Source: Candidatus Poribacteria bacterium (GTDB lineage: Bacteria; Poribacteria; WGA-4E; WGA-3G). Taken from it: 64,000 nt of DNA. The stretch lies in NCBI GenBank assembly GCA_965198235.1, contig OZ240248.1, forward strand, positions 1,920,001-1,984,000, read 5' to 3'. The position numbers and the translations under genes are program-made. The notes beneath the pieces were generated by a model that ran no database searches, was not told the origin of the DNA, and saw only the letters and a program-made list of their open reading frames with translations. Positions 48,303 to 58,200 of this stretch are shown piece after piece (the stretch's first letter is position 1; the number at the start of each line of letters is the position of its first letter).

Positions 48303-48974
48303 CTAACACAGCAGCTCGGGAAGGTCGCTTATCGAGTCTGCCCGTCCTAAAGGAGATGGGCAAGACCATTTCACATCTCGATCTTGATACCACGCTGCCT
48401 GAATCGCTCTCATACCGACAGATGCCGCACCCTGCAGCTCATCGTAACCACCATCCCCAACAAAGTACGCTTCAGAAGGTTGAACACACATGCGTGCACA
48501 AGCCAACTCGAATATTGCCCTATCGGGCTTCATTACGCGGACACTGCAAGAAAACACGACCGGGTCCACGAGATCTTGGAGCGGACAGAATCGCCAAGCG
48601 AGGACCTCTTCTGGTAAGGCATTACTGATAATTCCAACTTTCAGCCCACGCGCCCGGACTGCGCGCAACATTTCAAATATCTCAGGCTCGACATAACTCA
48701 AGACTTTTGATTTCCATGCCTCGTGCTCTTGGGCAGCCATGATAATATCATTTTTCGTGAGCGGTGATTTGACCGCTGTGCACAAATGGGTGAATCTCGC
48801 CAGACAATCAGGAAATCTTCCTCGCATTGCGGTGTCCTCGTTTTCCGCCCACCAAAGCGAAGATAGATCTTTGGTCGTGCCTAGTCGTTCGTGAAACGGA
48901 GCCCTTGTTTGGAAATCTTTTCGCGTTTTCTCGGTTATGAGCGTCTCGAATAAATCAAAAAAGACTACTTTCAA
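48303..48974 (-). CDS. HAD-family hydrolase
   Basis: FFDLFETL, IISN, MKPD..IF, FVGDG..DELQGA. Confidence 0.88.
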   Translation of the reverse strand: MKVVFFDLFETLITEKTRKDFQTRAPFHERLGTTKDLSSLWWAENEDTAMRGRFPDCLARFTHLCTAVKSPLTKNDIIMAAQEHEAWKSKVLSYVEPEIFEMLRAVRARGLKVGIISNALPEEVLAWRFCPLQDLVDPVVFSCSVRVMKPDRAIFELACARMCVQPSEAYFVGDGGYDELQGAASVGMRAIQAAWYQDRDVKWSCPSPLGRADSISDLPELLC

Positions 48975-49025
48975 ATTACTGCTCCTTCAGATTGTTAAAG
49001 GGGTGCGAAGTCCCGACAAAGCACA

Positions 49026-50090
49026 TTAGCCGAGAGCGTTCACCACAGCGTTGCCGACCTGTACGGTTGTGGCTTGACCACCAAGGTCCTGTGGGAGAGT
49101 TTTGCCTCCCTCGACCACCTTTAGTACAGCTGCATCTATCGTTTCCGCCGCTTCTACTTCACCGATAAAGCGCAACATCATCGAACCAGAGGTAATTGCC
49201 GCCAGCGGATTAGCGATGCCCATCCCCATGATGTCGGGGGCACTCCCGTGAACCGGTTCGAACATCGACGGGAATCGGCGTTGCGGGTCGATATTGCCGC
49301 TCGGAGCCAGCCCCATGCTTCCGGTGATAATTGCGCCGATGTCCGTGAGAATATCCCCAAACAGGTTGCTAGCGACCACCACATCAAAGTCCTCTGGTCT
49401 CCGCACGAAATCCATACATGCTGCGTCCACAAGCAACGATTCCGTCTGTATGTCGGGATACTTTGCAGCCACTCGCTCGAAGGCTGTATCCCATACAATC
49501 ATGCCGTAGCCTTGCGCGTTCGACTTGGTGACCGAAGTGACTTTGCGTTTCTTATCTCGTGCCCGGGCTTGCTCGAAAGCATAAGTGATAATGCGCTCAC
49601 AGCCGTGGCGAGTAAATACGCCAACCTGCACACCGACCTCTTCGGGAAACCCTTGGTACTGGAACCCACCTACGTTGGCATACTCCCCTTCTGTGTTCTC
49701 TCGTATCACCACTAAATCAATATCCCAAGCCTCTTTATCCTTGAGCGGTGTGTTAATGCCGGGATAGAGAATACTTGGTCGCTCACAGACGTACTGATCG
49801 AATCTACGTCGGATAGGCAGCAAAAGCCCATTGAGCGTAAGATGGTCTTGGATGTCAGGGTGTCCGACTGCGCCAAGGTAAATCTGGTCGAACGCCGCCA
49901 GGGTATCAAGGGCATCTGCTGGCATCATGTGCCCATGCTTGAAATAGTAGTCTGAACCCCAGGGAAACTCCACAAAGTCCCATTTGATGTCATACCTGTC
50001 GGCGATAGCATTGAGGACCTTGAGACCTTCCTCCATCACCTCAATCCCAATTCCGTCTCCTCGAATTACCGCAATCTTGTATTTAGCCAT
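49026..50090 (-). CDS. tartrate dehydrogenase / isopropylmalate dehydrogenase family
   Basis: GDGIGIEV, RENTEGEY, TKSNA, SNLFGDILTD, FEPVHGSAPDI. Confidence 0.9.
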   Translation of the reverse strand: MAKYKIAVIRGDGIGIEVMEEGLKVLNAIADRYDIKWDFVEFPWGSDYYFKHGHMMPADALDTLAAFDQIYLGAVGHPDIQDHLTLNGLLLPIRRRFDQYVCERPSILYPGINTPLKDKEAWDIDLVVIRENTEGEYANVGGFQYQGFPEEVGVQVGVFTRHGCERIITYAFEQARARDKKRKVTSVTKSNAQGYGMIVWDTAFERVAAKYPDIQTESLLVDAACMDFVRRPEDFDVVVASNLFGDILTDIGAIITGSMGLAPSGNIDPQRRFPSMFEPVHGSAPDIMGMGIANPLAAITSGSMMLRFIGEVEAAETIDAAVLKVVEGGKTLPQDLGGQATTVQVGNAVVNALG

Positions 50091-50221
50091 ATTTTTCCTT
50101 TTAAGATTCCTAACCTATGCTTAAACAATATCTTAACCGAATTCCCTCCATTATTCAACCCATAAAACTCCGACCTTAGAGCCATTCAGTTTTCGGTTTT
50201 CTGATTGTTTTGTGCAGAGTA

Positions 50222-50285
50222 TCGCAACCTGGAGGGCGCTCCTACAGCGAAGTCCGCAGTGTCGCGATCAGGAAATCGCTTCTAC
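50222..50285 (-). repeat. two tandem REP-like palindromes
   Basis: Minus strand GTAGAAGCGATTTCCTGATCGCGA and GTAGGAGCGCCCTCCAGGTTGCGA, related to the 18581 REP. Confidence 0.65.
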
Positions 50286-50402
50286 AGGAGAACTGAGTGA
50301 CTCTGTTACTTTAGGAGTTGCACAAAATGAAAGTTTATGCTATGCTCTAATGCAAAGAAGGAAATCAGAACTATCTTTGACGCTTAAGCAAAGGAGAAAT
50401 CG

Positions 50403-52025
50403 ATGCCGAACACTCAAGAAATCAGTTGGAAAGCCGTTAGTAAAACTGGTGCTGTTGCTGCGGGTGGTGCAGGTGCCGTTGCGGCAGGAATCGAGATTCT
50501 GGAAGCGGGCGGAAATGCAGCAGACGCAGCGGCGGGAACGATTCTTGCACTCAATGTCACAGACCACGGTGCTTGTTCTATTGGGGGTGAAGTGCCACTC
50601 CTTATCTTTGACTCGGAAAAACAGGAAGTAAAATCCCTCTCCGGACAGGGACGTGCACCACTTTCGCAAACCGCTATCGACTGGTATATGGAAAACGGGA
50701 TCCCGAATGGTGATATTAAGATGGCACCCGTCCCGTCGGTTGTGGACCTCTGCACGACCACACTCAAGTTGTATGGCACGAAGACGTTTGAGGAAATTGT
50801 ATCACCGACATTGGCACTGCTTGATGCTGGTGAAGCAGACTGGCACCCTGAATTAGCGTCCACCCTGCGTCGCATGGTCGAAGAGGAACAGAAAACATCC
50901 GGGAGCCGCGAGCAGAAAGTACAGGCGGCAAGTGATCGGTTTTACGGACGGAACGGTGTTAATAGTGATATTGCCGATGCATTAGAAGGTTTTTACATCG
51001 ACAAGGGCGGATTTCTCCGTAAGGCAGACCTCGCTGCCCATGTTACGCTTGTTGAAGACCCTGTAGCAGTGGCGTACCGAGGGTATACGGTATACAAGTG
51101 CGGTCCGTGGACGCAAGGTCCTTACCTTTGTCAAGCATTGCGTTTACTGGAAGGCTTCGATCTCAAAGCAATGGGTAACTGCTCGGCAGACTACGTGCAT
51201 GTGGTTACGGAAGCACTTAAATTGGCGATGGCTGACCGCGATGCCTACTACGGCGACCCAAAATTTGTAGATGTCCCAATGGCCGCGTTGCTTTCGGATG
51301 CCTATACCGAGATTCGTCGGCCGCTCATCGATATGCAAAAAGCATCACACGAAGCGAGACCCGGCGATGTGGATAACATGGAACCGCTAAAGGCAGATGG
51401 TGTATTTCGACCCGGAGTGGGTGGAACGACAACCTGTGCCGTCGCCGACCGGTGGGGGAATGTCGTTGCTGCGACACCGAGTGCTAACGTCTATCACGCG
51501 GGAGGTATGGTCGGTCCTACCGGTGTCAGTTACGGCAACCGTTTGCGCAGTCTCAATACAACCCCCGGACATCCGAACTGTATCCAGCCCGGAAAGCGTC
51601 CGAGAATCACGTTGACCCCTACACTGGTTCTTAAGGACGGTGCCCCGATTTTAGCGATCAGTGTTGCCGGTGGTGATCTGCAAGATCAAGCGACGATGAA
51701 TTTGCTGCTCGATTTCATTGAGTTCGATATGCTACCAGAAGCCGCTGTCACAGCACCACGCTTTGCCACTGCGCATCATGAAGATTCGTTTGATCCGAAT
51801 CCGAACCGTATAGAGACGTTCGGGCAAGCGGGTTCGTTGACTATCAACGACAGTGTGCGCGAAAACGTCAGGGAAGAACTTGGCAGTCGCGGGCATCAAC
51901 TTAGAACGCAGGGAGGTGCCATTGCTGCACCTGTCATGATCCATATTGACGAAGATAACGGGACGTTCTATGCTGCTGGAGACCCAGCTGCGGGGAGGCA
52001 TGCGGGGGGAGTGGCGGAAAAATGA
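50403..52025 (+). CDS. ggt: gamma-glutamyltransferase family protein
   Basis: GGNAADAA, SIGG, LAMADRDAYYGDP, autoproteolytic TT..VADRWGNVV, PGKRP. Confidence 0.9.
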   Translation: MPNTQEISWKAVSKTGAVAAGGAGAVAAGIEILEAGGNAADAAAGTILALNVTDHGACSIGGEVPLLIFDSEKQEVKSLSGQGRAPLSQTAIDWYMENGIPNGDIKMAPVPSVVDLCTTTLKLYGTKTFEEIVSPTLALLDAGEADWHPELASTLRRMVEEEQKTSGSREQKVQAASDRFYGRNGVNSDIADALEGFYIDKGGFLRKADLAAHVTLVEDPVAVAYRGYTVYKCGPWTQGPYLCQALRLLEGFDLKAMGNCSADYVHVVTEALKLAMADRDAYYGDPKFVDVPMAALLSDAYTEIRRPLIDMQKASHEARPGDVDNMEPLKADGVFRPGVGGTTTCAVADRWGNVVAATPSANVYHAGGMVGPTGVSYGNRLRSLNTTPGHPNCIQPGKRPRITLTPTLVLKDGAPILAISVAGGDLQDQATMNLLLDFIEFDMLPEAAVTAPRFATAHHEDSFDPNPNRIETFGQAGSLTINDSVRENVREELGSRGHQLRTQGGAIAAPVMIHIDEDNGTFYAAGDPAAGRHAGGVAEK

Positions 52026-52071
52026 TAGTGTTCTGTAAAAGAGAAACATAACGAGCACCGGGTTCGCCGCC

Positions 52072-52668
52072 TCAATTTTCTGTTTGCTGCCATGCCCCAA
52101 ACCGGTGTTGCAACGCTCTGAAAAATCTTCGGAAGGATCTATCACTTTGCTCCAAATGTTGGAGATCCATTGCGTTGACGAGATCCGCTGTCCGTTCAAT
52201 ACCACCTAAAAGCGGAACTATACCTGCGTCCCGGATCGCTTGTAGGAGAAGACGCTTGTAACGACCGCGGTCGCATTTCCGCTTAGGAACCGAGCAGCCC
52301 TTGCCAAACACCTTCTTGAACGCCTCTGAATCGAGAAGCAACCATCGTTCGATATGCGGTTGCGGAATCATGCTGATAACGCGATCCACCAAATTGGAGG
52401 TCACCTGATTGATCTCTTTTTCCCGCTGCAAAAATCCCTTGCAATTACTATCCGTTCCTACGATGATGAGGTCTGGTAAATCCTCGTCGTTGTGTTGCAA
52501 ATCCTGTTGATATTGTCTCAATTCCGTGATGACCTTTCCATGTCCACCACGGACGCTGAAGGCTTTGATATTAATTTTGATGTTGGACGTATTAGCAACC
52601 CGCTGAACCAATGCCGTGAGAAAATCCTCATGGGCAACATCTTCAACGAACAGACTGATATTATGCAT
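52072..52668 (-). CDS. DUF4276-like (TOPRIM-like) protein
   Basis: LFVED..HE, IIVGTDSN, IERWLLLD, SF..F; overlaps the ATPase stop. Confidence 0.65.
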   Translation of the reverse strand: MHNISLFVEDVAHEDFLTALVQRVANTSNIKINIKAFSVRGGHGKVITELRQYQQDLQHNDEDLPDLIIVGTDSNCKGFLQREKEINQVTSNLVDRVISMIPQPHIERWLLLDSEAFKKVFGKGCSVPKRKCDRGRYKRLLLQAIRDAGIVPLLGGIERTADLVNAMDLQHLEQSDRSFRRFFRALQHRFGAWQQTEN

Positions 52669-53974
52669 CAAAGTCCCCCCTCAAGATACGTTCGGAAGGG
52701 GATAATGCATCTTTATCGTCCAACGCTACCTCAATCTCCGATTTTTTCCATAGGGGTCCCAGATGCATCATCCTAAAGGGCTCAATTTCTGTGTTCCCAT
52801 TAACCTTGCGACAAACATATAACGATTCGGGAGGAATGAGGTCGGATAAAAGCGATGAATGCGTTGTCACAATGAATTGGGTATCTTCAAGAAGCATACG
52901 AGTCTCCAAAAACCGAGCAATGCGCTGAATCCTACGAGGATGAATGCCATTCTCCGGTTCCTCAAATCCTATCAACGCTGGCGGTTCTTCGGCACCAACG
53001 AGTGCCAAAAGCCCTAAAATCCGGAATGTGCCTTCCGATAAGACCCGTGCAGAAACACGTTTTTCGCCTTCACGCAGATCCAATTCCACCTCGCCAAACT
53101 TATTGACACCGACCTCGATGCCCGTTACGGAGGGAATCATCGTACGGAGAGATTCCTCGATAGATTCAAACTGTCGCGCATTGAAACCTCGCAAAGTATT
53201 AAGAAAGGCTGCGAGGTCTTCCCCCATCAATCCGATATGGTGAACTTCCTTAACAGTACCTGGGAGTCGCATGCGTTCACGCGGCTCAAAATAGAAGGTA
53301 AACCAACGCGCCAATTCCTGCCGCATCGCAACCAAATGAGGGTGGTGAGGGGGATAGTGCGCCATTGAAAGGATGCTATAATTGAGACCTCGCTCATAGT
53401 GGGCTGGACGCGCTTGTCCCTCCATCCGCAAATGCAGCCGGTTGTCAATCTGTTCCAAGAACGGCTTGCGTTTTTGATTCAACTCACCTGTGGCATTAAG
53501 TGCAGCGAGATATTCGTCCGCGACACGTAAAGTGCCAAACTTCGGGAGCATCTCAATCTCAATCCGATACCGAAGATTTTGCGAACGCACGGTAGGTGGT
53601 GATCGCCTGGAAACAGATTCACCTTCATCCAATGGCACCCGTCTCATCTTCTGAATGTGGTGATTGATATTCTCAACGATCTTCGGAGAAAGCTGAACAT
53701 CTACCTCTATACTAAACGATACTGTTTCCTGTTCCAGGAGGTTCTTGATGCCCTCTTCTCCAAAAGTGAACGACTCCAGTGCGTGTCCTCGGTAAGGGGG
53801 GTCAAACGCTTCTTTCAGGGTCCGACTGGTGGCCACGCGCGATAGGAGGTGCAAGGCATCAAGGAAATTGCTTTTTCCTGAAGCGTTGGGACCAACGAGT
53901 ACAGCAAGGTGCTCAAAGTTTACCTCAAGATCCACGAGTGATTTATACCCTTGAATTTTGATTCGCTTCAGCAT
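52661..53974 (-). CDS. AAA_15/AAA_21-type ABC-like ATPase
   Basis: I.IQGYKSL, GPNASGKSN Walker A, LSEGT signature, FEEPENGIHP Walker B/D-loop, IVTTHS. Confidence 0.9.
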   Translation of the reverse strand: MLKRIKIQGYKSLVDLEVNFEHLAVLVGPNASGKSNFLDALHLLSRVATSRTLKEAFDPPYRGHALESFTFGEEGIKNLLEQETVSFSIEVDVQLSPKIVENINHHIQKMRRVPLDEGESVSRRSPPTVRSQNLRYRIEIEMLPKFGTLRVADEYLAALNATGELNQKRKPFLEQIDNRLHLRMEGQARPAHYERGLNYSILSMAHYPPHHPHLVAMRQELARWFTFYFEPRERMRLPGTVKEVHHIGLMGEDLAAFLNTLRGFNARQFESIEESLRTMIPSVTGIEVGVNKFGEVELDLREGEKRVSARVLSEGTFRILGLLALVGAEEPPALIGFEEPENGIHPRRIQRIARFLETRMLLEDTQFIVTTHSSLLSDLIPPESLYVCRKVNGNTEIEPFRMMHLGPLWKKSEIEVALDDKDALSPSERILRGDFDA

Positions 53975-53990
53975 AGTAGCGTGCCTCCGT

Positions 53991-54788
53991 TCAATATCCG
54001 AGACCTCTCAGATATTCTCGATTTACGACTGCGGCTTCAGCCGGTGGACGTGGCGGATACGGACGATCAAGTTCGACAGAGACCCATCCATCATAACCGA
54101 CTGATTCGAGTCCTTCAAGTGCGGCTTTGACATCAAGTCCTAAGTTTCCAGCACCCAGTTCAGCGAAACGCGCCTGCTCGCCAAAGCGTTGTGTTCTGTA
54201 ATCCCAAGTATCAGGGTCATCGGCGTGGCAGTCTTTGAGATGGACATGCCCAATCCGATTGCGCAAATTTTCGCTCTCAAAAACCTGCATCGGGTCGCTC
54301 CCAGCGGCGAGCATGTGTCCTGTGTCAAAGAGCAGCCAGAGACTCGGTGCTGCTGCCAAAAGGCGTTCCGCATCATCAACCGTCTCGAGCAGTGTGCCGA
54401 GATGGGCGTGGTGGAAGCCTTTGATGTTGTGCGCGTCGCAGAACGCGAGGACATCATCCAGCGTTCGGGCGGCATTCTCGAAATCGGCATCGCTTGGATC
54501 GGGTCCACCCCATTCCGAACGTCTCAACGACGGTACTTCGGCGGCATTGTTGCCGAGGGCAATATTAAACTTAACCCTGTCAAGTCCTGCCCCGCCGGCA
54601 TTGACGATATGGAGTCCGAGACTACGTGCAAGCGTCGCCATCTCAACGAGTCCGTCTGCCCCCTCAAAAGGAACACTTTCAACCCCTTCCCAACCGGCAT
54701 CGGCGACTTCTCGTAACACTTTTTCTGGATTTTCTTCCTGTTCTCCACCAAATTGGATCAGATGACAAGCGAATCTTAATTTGCTCAT
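53991..54788 (-). CDS. sugar phosphate isomerase/epimerase (xylose isomerase-like TIM barrel)
   Basis: GWEGVE, HHAHLGT, FDTGH, HVHLKD, GYDGWVSVE. Confidence 0.88.
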   Translation of the reverse strand: MSKLRFACHLIQFGGEQEENPEKVLREVADAGWEGVESVPFEGADGLVEMATLARSLGLHIVNAGGAGLDRVKFNIALGNNAAEVPSLRRSEWGGPDPSDADFENAARTLDDVLAFCDAHNIKGFHHAHLGTLLETVDDAERLLAAAPSLWLLFDTGHMLAAGSDPMQVFESENLRNRIGHVHLKDCHADDPDTWDYRTQRFGEQARFAELGAGNLGLDVKAALEGLESVGYDGWVSVELDRPYPPRPPAEAAVVNREYLRGLGY

Positions 54789-54801
54789 GAATATATTCCT
54801 T

Positions 54802-54945
54802 TCAAGATTTTCTACTATTGAGTGATGTTAAGGACAGCTGCTGGTCAGGGTTCTGATATAACCACATTTCCATGTTCTTCTTAATAGCAGTCCATTCGCT
54901 GTCCAACATTGAATACCAAGCAGTATCCCTGTTTCGACCTTTTAT
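54802..54945 (-). pseudogene. orphan C-terminal fragment of a RimJ/RimL-type GNAT
   Basis: Reads IKGRNRDTAWYSMLDSEWTAIKKNMEMWL...* with no N-terminal part. Confidence 0.7.
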
Positions 54946-54969
54946 TTTCTTGACTCTCAGACTGAACGC

Positions 54970-55668
54970 TTACTTGAATGCATACTGCCACCGGTGATAT
55001 TGACCAAAATCGGTTGCGGTGGTTAATAGATCAGGAGCGATAGTGTGTTTAAAACTGTCTGGGATAAACAGTCCTGTGTTTAAGCGGTCCTCATGAAAAA
55101 TGGAATTTCGAGCCGCACGTATCACATGGTGCTGTTCCTTTAGGGATAGCCGAGGTTCAATAAACCCCTCAATCCACAATCCACGATAGGTTAAAGTATT
55201 GACAGGTATGAGATGGACAGTCTCCGGCACATTGGTGGCGGACTTGCAAGCCAAAGGATTCCAAAGGAGGAGGCTACGCACTTGAGCGTCCGTCGTAAAG
55301 CCCGCCTTGGAAAATGCACGCTGACTTGCATGATTATCAATGCGGATGGATGCCTTAGCCCAACGTGCTCCCAGATTAGAACCCTGGGTTAGTGCTTTTT
55401 CAATGAGAGAAGCCCCAATCCCTTTTCCTCGACTCGTAGAACGAAGAATAATAAGATCTATTTCCCATCGAGGTGTTGGGTTAGACACCAGAAATGCGGA
55501 AAGGAAACCTGCGATTTCGCCAGCATCCACTGCAACAAAGACTTGATGCTCAAGCGACGAGACGTGATCGGTGAACACGTCAAAGAGAAGCGATTCTCCC
55601 CATGTTTCTTGTAGGATTAGGTGAATCGCTTGGGCATCATTTGGACGCGCCAATCTAATATCCAACAT
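54970..55668 (-). CDS. GNAT N-acetyltransferase
   Basis: RGKGIGASLI, DNHASQRAF.KAGF. Confidence 0.82.
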   Translation of the reverse strand: MLDIRLARPNDAQAIHLILQETWGESLLFDVFTDHVSSLEHQVFVAVDAGEIAGFLSAFLVSNPTPRWEIDLIILRSTSRGKGIGASLIEKALTQGSNLGARWAKASIRIDNHASQRAFSKAGFTTDAQVRSLLLWNPLACKSATNVPETVHLIPVNTLTYRGLWIEGFIEPRLSLKEQHHVIRAARNSIFHEDRLNTGLFIPDSFKHTIAPDLLTTATDFGQYHRWQYAFK

Positions 55669-55711
55669 ATTCCTTTCTTCGCTTCACATTTCCATCAGGG
55701 GACCAAGATGC

Positions 55712-56476
55712 TTATCTCTTAACCTTTTTGAGCATGCCCCAAGTCGTGGCAGCTTTGTCCAACGGCGATACGCTCAAGACCTGCTCCATATCTTGCTGAA
55801 TCTCATCTGCAGTCAGGACACGGTTATAGATAACGAATTCATCAAGCCTGCCCCCATAGGGCCACGGACCATCCAAGCGATTGCCGAACCAATGATCGTT
55901 TGGAGAAACCGGAATTTCGCCTTGCACTTTATAGGTATTATCAAGTTTGCCGTTGATATAAAGCCGAAGCTCCTTATCAAACTCGTAAACTGCGGCGACG
56001 TGCGACCACTTATCGTTCGGAATTTCGTTCTTTGTGCTGTTCCATGTTCGTCCGCCAGCACCGGGGCATCCCATCCACACTGACGGTCTACCTTGATGGA
56101 TACTCAGATAATACGTATGAGGTCCCGCCTGCCCGCGTACATTGCGATAATCACCGACACTCTCTGGATATACCCATACCTCCATCGTCAAGTTCTTGGT
56201 AATCGCCAGACTGTCAGACGCTTCGGCGGCGACGACCCCCTTCTGAATCTGTTCGTTAAAAAACACCCCCGAATTGATTTTTCCGTTTTTCTCCCATTTG
56301 GCATCGCCTTCGAGCGTGCCATGATTCCCTTTGCCGCTCAAGTCTTCGACATCTTTTCCCTTTCCCTTATCGAACGAGAAATAAAGGACCATTGCGTCGT
56401 CCTCAATCGCTTCGATTACGAGGGGAAATATGAAGATGAATGCCAGGCTCAGAATATAGAAAACTATCCATCTCAT
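55712..56476 (-). CDS. secreted LamG-like protein with conserved C-terminal motif
   Basis: Signal peptide MRWIVFYI..., LYFSFD, WSHVAAVY..LYING, LDEFVIYNRVL; ends SVSPLDKAATTWGMLKKVKR. Confidence 0.88.
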   Translation of the reverse strand: MRWIVFYILSLAFIFIFPLVIEAIEDDAMVLYFSFDKGKGKDVEDLSGKGNHGTLEGDAKWEKNGKINSGVFFNEQIQKGVVAAEASDSLAITKNLTMEVWVYPESVGDYRNVRGQAGPHTYYLSIHQGRPSVWMGCPGAGGRTWNSTKNEIPNDKWSHVAAVYEFDKELRLYINGKLDNTYKVQGEIPVSPNDHWFGNRLDGPWPYGGRLDEFVIYNRVLTADEIQQDMEQVLSVSPLDKAATTWGMLKKVKR

Positions 56477-56677
56477 TTCATACCTCCAGTCAAGGTGTCG
56501 ACTCAAACACCTAAAAAATGTCTCAGTCGTGTTGTTGTGTGAGTTACAACAATATTAAAGAGCATAACTCCGTGAATTAAGAGCGCATTACGCTATTTGA
56601 TGTACGATGCTAAATTATTGCTAATACGCTCTACGGATGGTGAAACTATGGACAGGGCATCAACTATCAAAAGCGAT

Positions 56678-56998
56678 CTACTTCCAGTCGTCGTCTGGCG
56701 GGTAAATGTTGGAACTTCCGCCGCCTGCGCCTTTAAATTTGCTTTCAGCAAACCAGTCTTTGACGGTATCCCGCCACTTAATGAAGTGTGGTGCTTTCAG
56801 GTGCTCTTGGAACGCCGCTTCGTCCACATAGACCTCATAGAGCCAGATCCGATTCGGATCGGCACCGTCCTGAATCACATCAAATCTCAGGCAACCGGGT
56901 TCATTCTCAACGGAGCCTTTCGCGTCGTCCAGCATCGATTCGATGAATGCATCTCTGTGACCTTCTTTAATTTGAATGGGGGCGATGATAACAAACAT
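56678..56998 (-). CDS. ABM-family (putative quinol monooxygenase / LsrG-like) protein
   Basis: EPGCLRFDV, LYEVY.DE.A...H...PHF. Confidence 0.88.
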   Translation of the reverse strand: MFVIIAPIQIKEGHRDAFIESMLDDAKGSVENEPGCLRFDVIQDGADPNRIWLYEVYVDEAAFQEHLKAPHFIKWRDTVKDWFAESKFKGAGGGSSNIYPPDDDWK

Positions 56999-57123
56999 AC
57001 TTTTTTCCTCCTATGCGTAATTTACAAATCAGAATTTATTTCTCGTATCGGCATGCTGATGCCGAATTCACATTAACCTATCACAATTTGGGCGGGATGT
57101 CAATCAAGTTCAAAGTGAAAACA

Positions 57124-58200
57124 TTATGCTGAGGCAACTGTCAGTGCTTTCAGTTTTTCTGCCTCTAACTCGACACCCAATCCCGGTCCTTCAGGTGGAT
57201 ACAGATGGCTGGCTTCCGCTCGGATGCGTTCCTTCGCTGGCGATGCCGTATAAAGCACCGGTCCCATCGGATCACAAGGCAGGGTAAGGTTGGGCATTGA
57301 AACACCGACGTGGATTTGCGAGGCTGTCCCAAGCGTCGATTCCTGATCCGTGCCAATCAGGCATCTGAGTCCAGCTGCCTCTGCCAACGCAAACAGACGA
57401 CGGATATGGGTGGGACCTCCTGCTACACACGCTACATTGAAGACAGTGCAAGCACCGCGTTCGGCTGCCTCATATCCATATTCTAAACTACTGATGTGCA
57501 GACTCACGGGCAAATCCATGCGTTTGGTAAACTCCGCACACACGCGTAGGTTCCGTGAGGGTTGCTCAAAATGGTAGGGGGTGTGATGCCGAAGGACATC
57601 AGCGTAGCGCAAGGCGGTCTCCCAGTCGTTGAAGCGACCAGAGAAATCGATTTGTTTGAGTCGGATCTGCTCGCTAAATCTCGATTTCATCTCGGTTAGG
57701 AACCGGTCATCCAACGCGCTGTCGCCTGACACGTAGTAGCGGAAGAGATGATGTCCGAGGTCTACCAACCGTTGCAGATAACCCACAGTCTTCTCAAAGT
57801 CCTCCGTTACCTGCCATCCGAAAATTGGATAACAGCAATAGACGCTATCTCGCATCTTGCCTCCAAGCATTTGGTAAGCGGGTACACCTTGGACCTTGCC
57901 GTTCAGGTCATAAAGCGCGAGGTCGATGGCGGAAGCGAGGTGTAGATTGCTAACTGTGCTACCGAAATCGTGTGCGCGTAGGAACTCGTTGATTTCTGTA
58001 ATACGGGTGGCATCACGTCCGACCAGTAACTCGTTATAGGGTTTGGCGATTGCCCCTAAATCGTCAGCTCTGCTGTCCGAGGCTTCCCCCAACCCGACGG
58101 GACCATCGTCTACATGGACTTTGACGATAACATGACCTGATACGTGACCGTAATAACGTGGTGTCTCAATCTGGAAGGTCTCAATTTTTGTGATTTTCAT
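57124..58200 (-). CDS. mandelate racemase/muconate lactonizing enzyme (enolase superfamily)
   Basis: MKITKIE, GLGEA, SAIDLALYDL.GK..GVP.Y.MLGG, FEQP, PEGPGLGVE. Confidence 0.88.
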   Translation of the reverse strand: MKITKIETFQIETPRYYGHVSGHVIVKVHVDDGPVGLGEASDSRADDLGAIAKPYNELLVGRDATRITEINEFLRAHDFGSTVSNLHLASAIDLALYDLNGKVQGVPAYQMLGGKMRDSVYCCYPIFGWQVTEDFEKTVGYLQRLVDLGHHLFRYYVSGDSALDDRFLTEMKSRFSEQIRLKQIDFSGRFNDWETALRYADVLRHHTPYHFEQPSRNLRVCAEFTKRMDLPVSLHISSLEYGYEAAERGACTVFNVACVAGGPTHIRRLFALAEAAGLRCLIGTDQESTLGTASQIHVGVSMPNLTLPCDPMGPVLYTASPAKERIRAEASHLYPPEGPGLGVELEAEKLKALTVASA

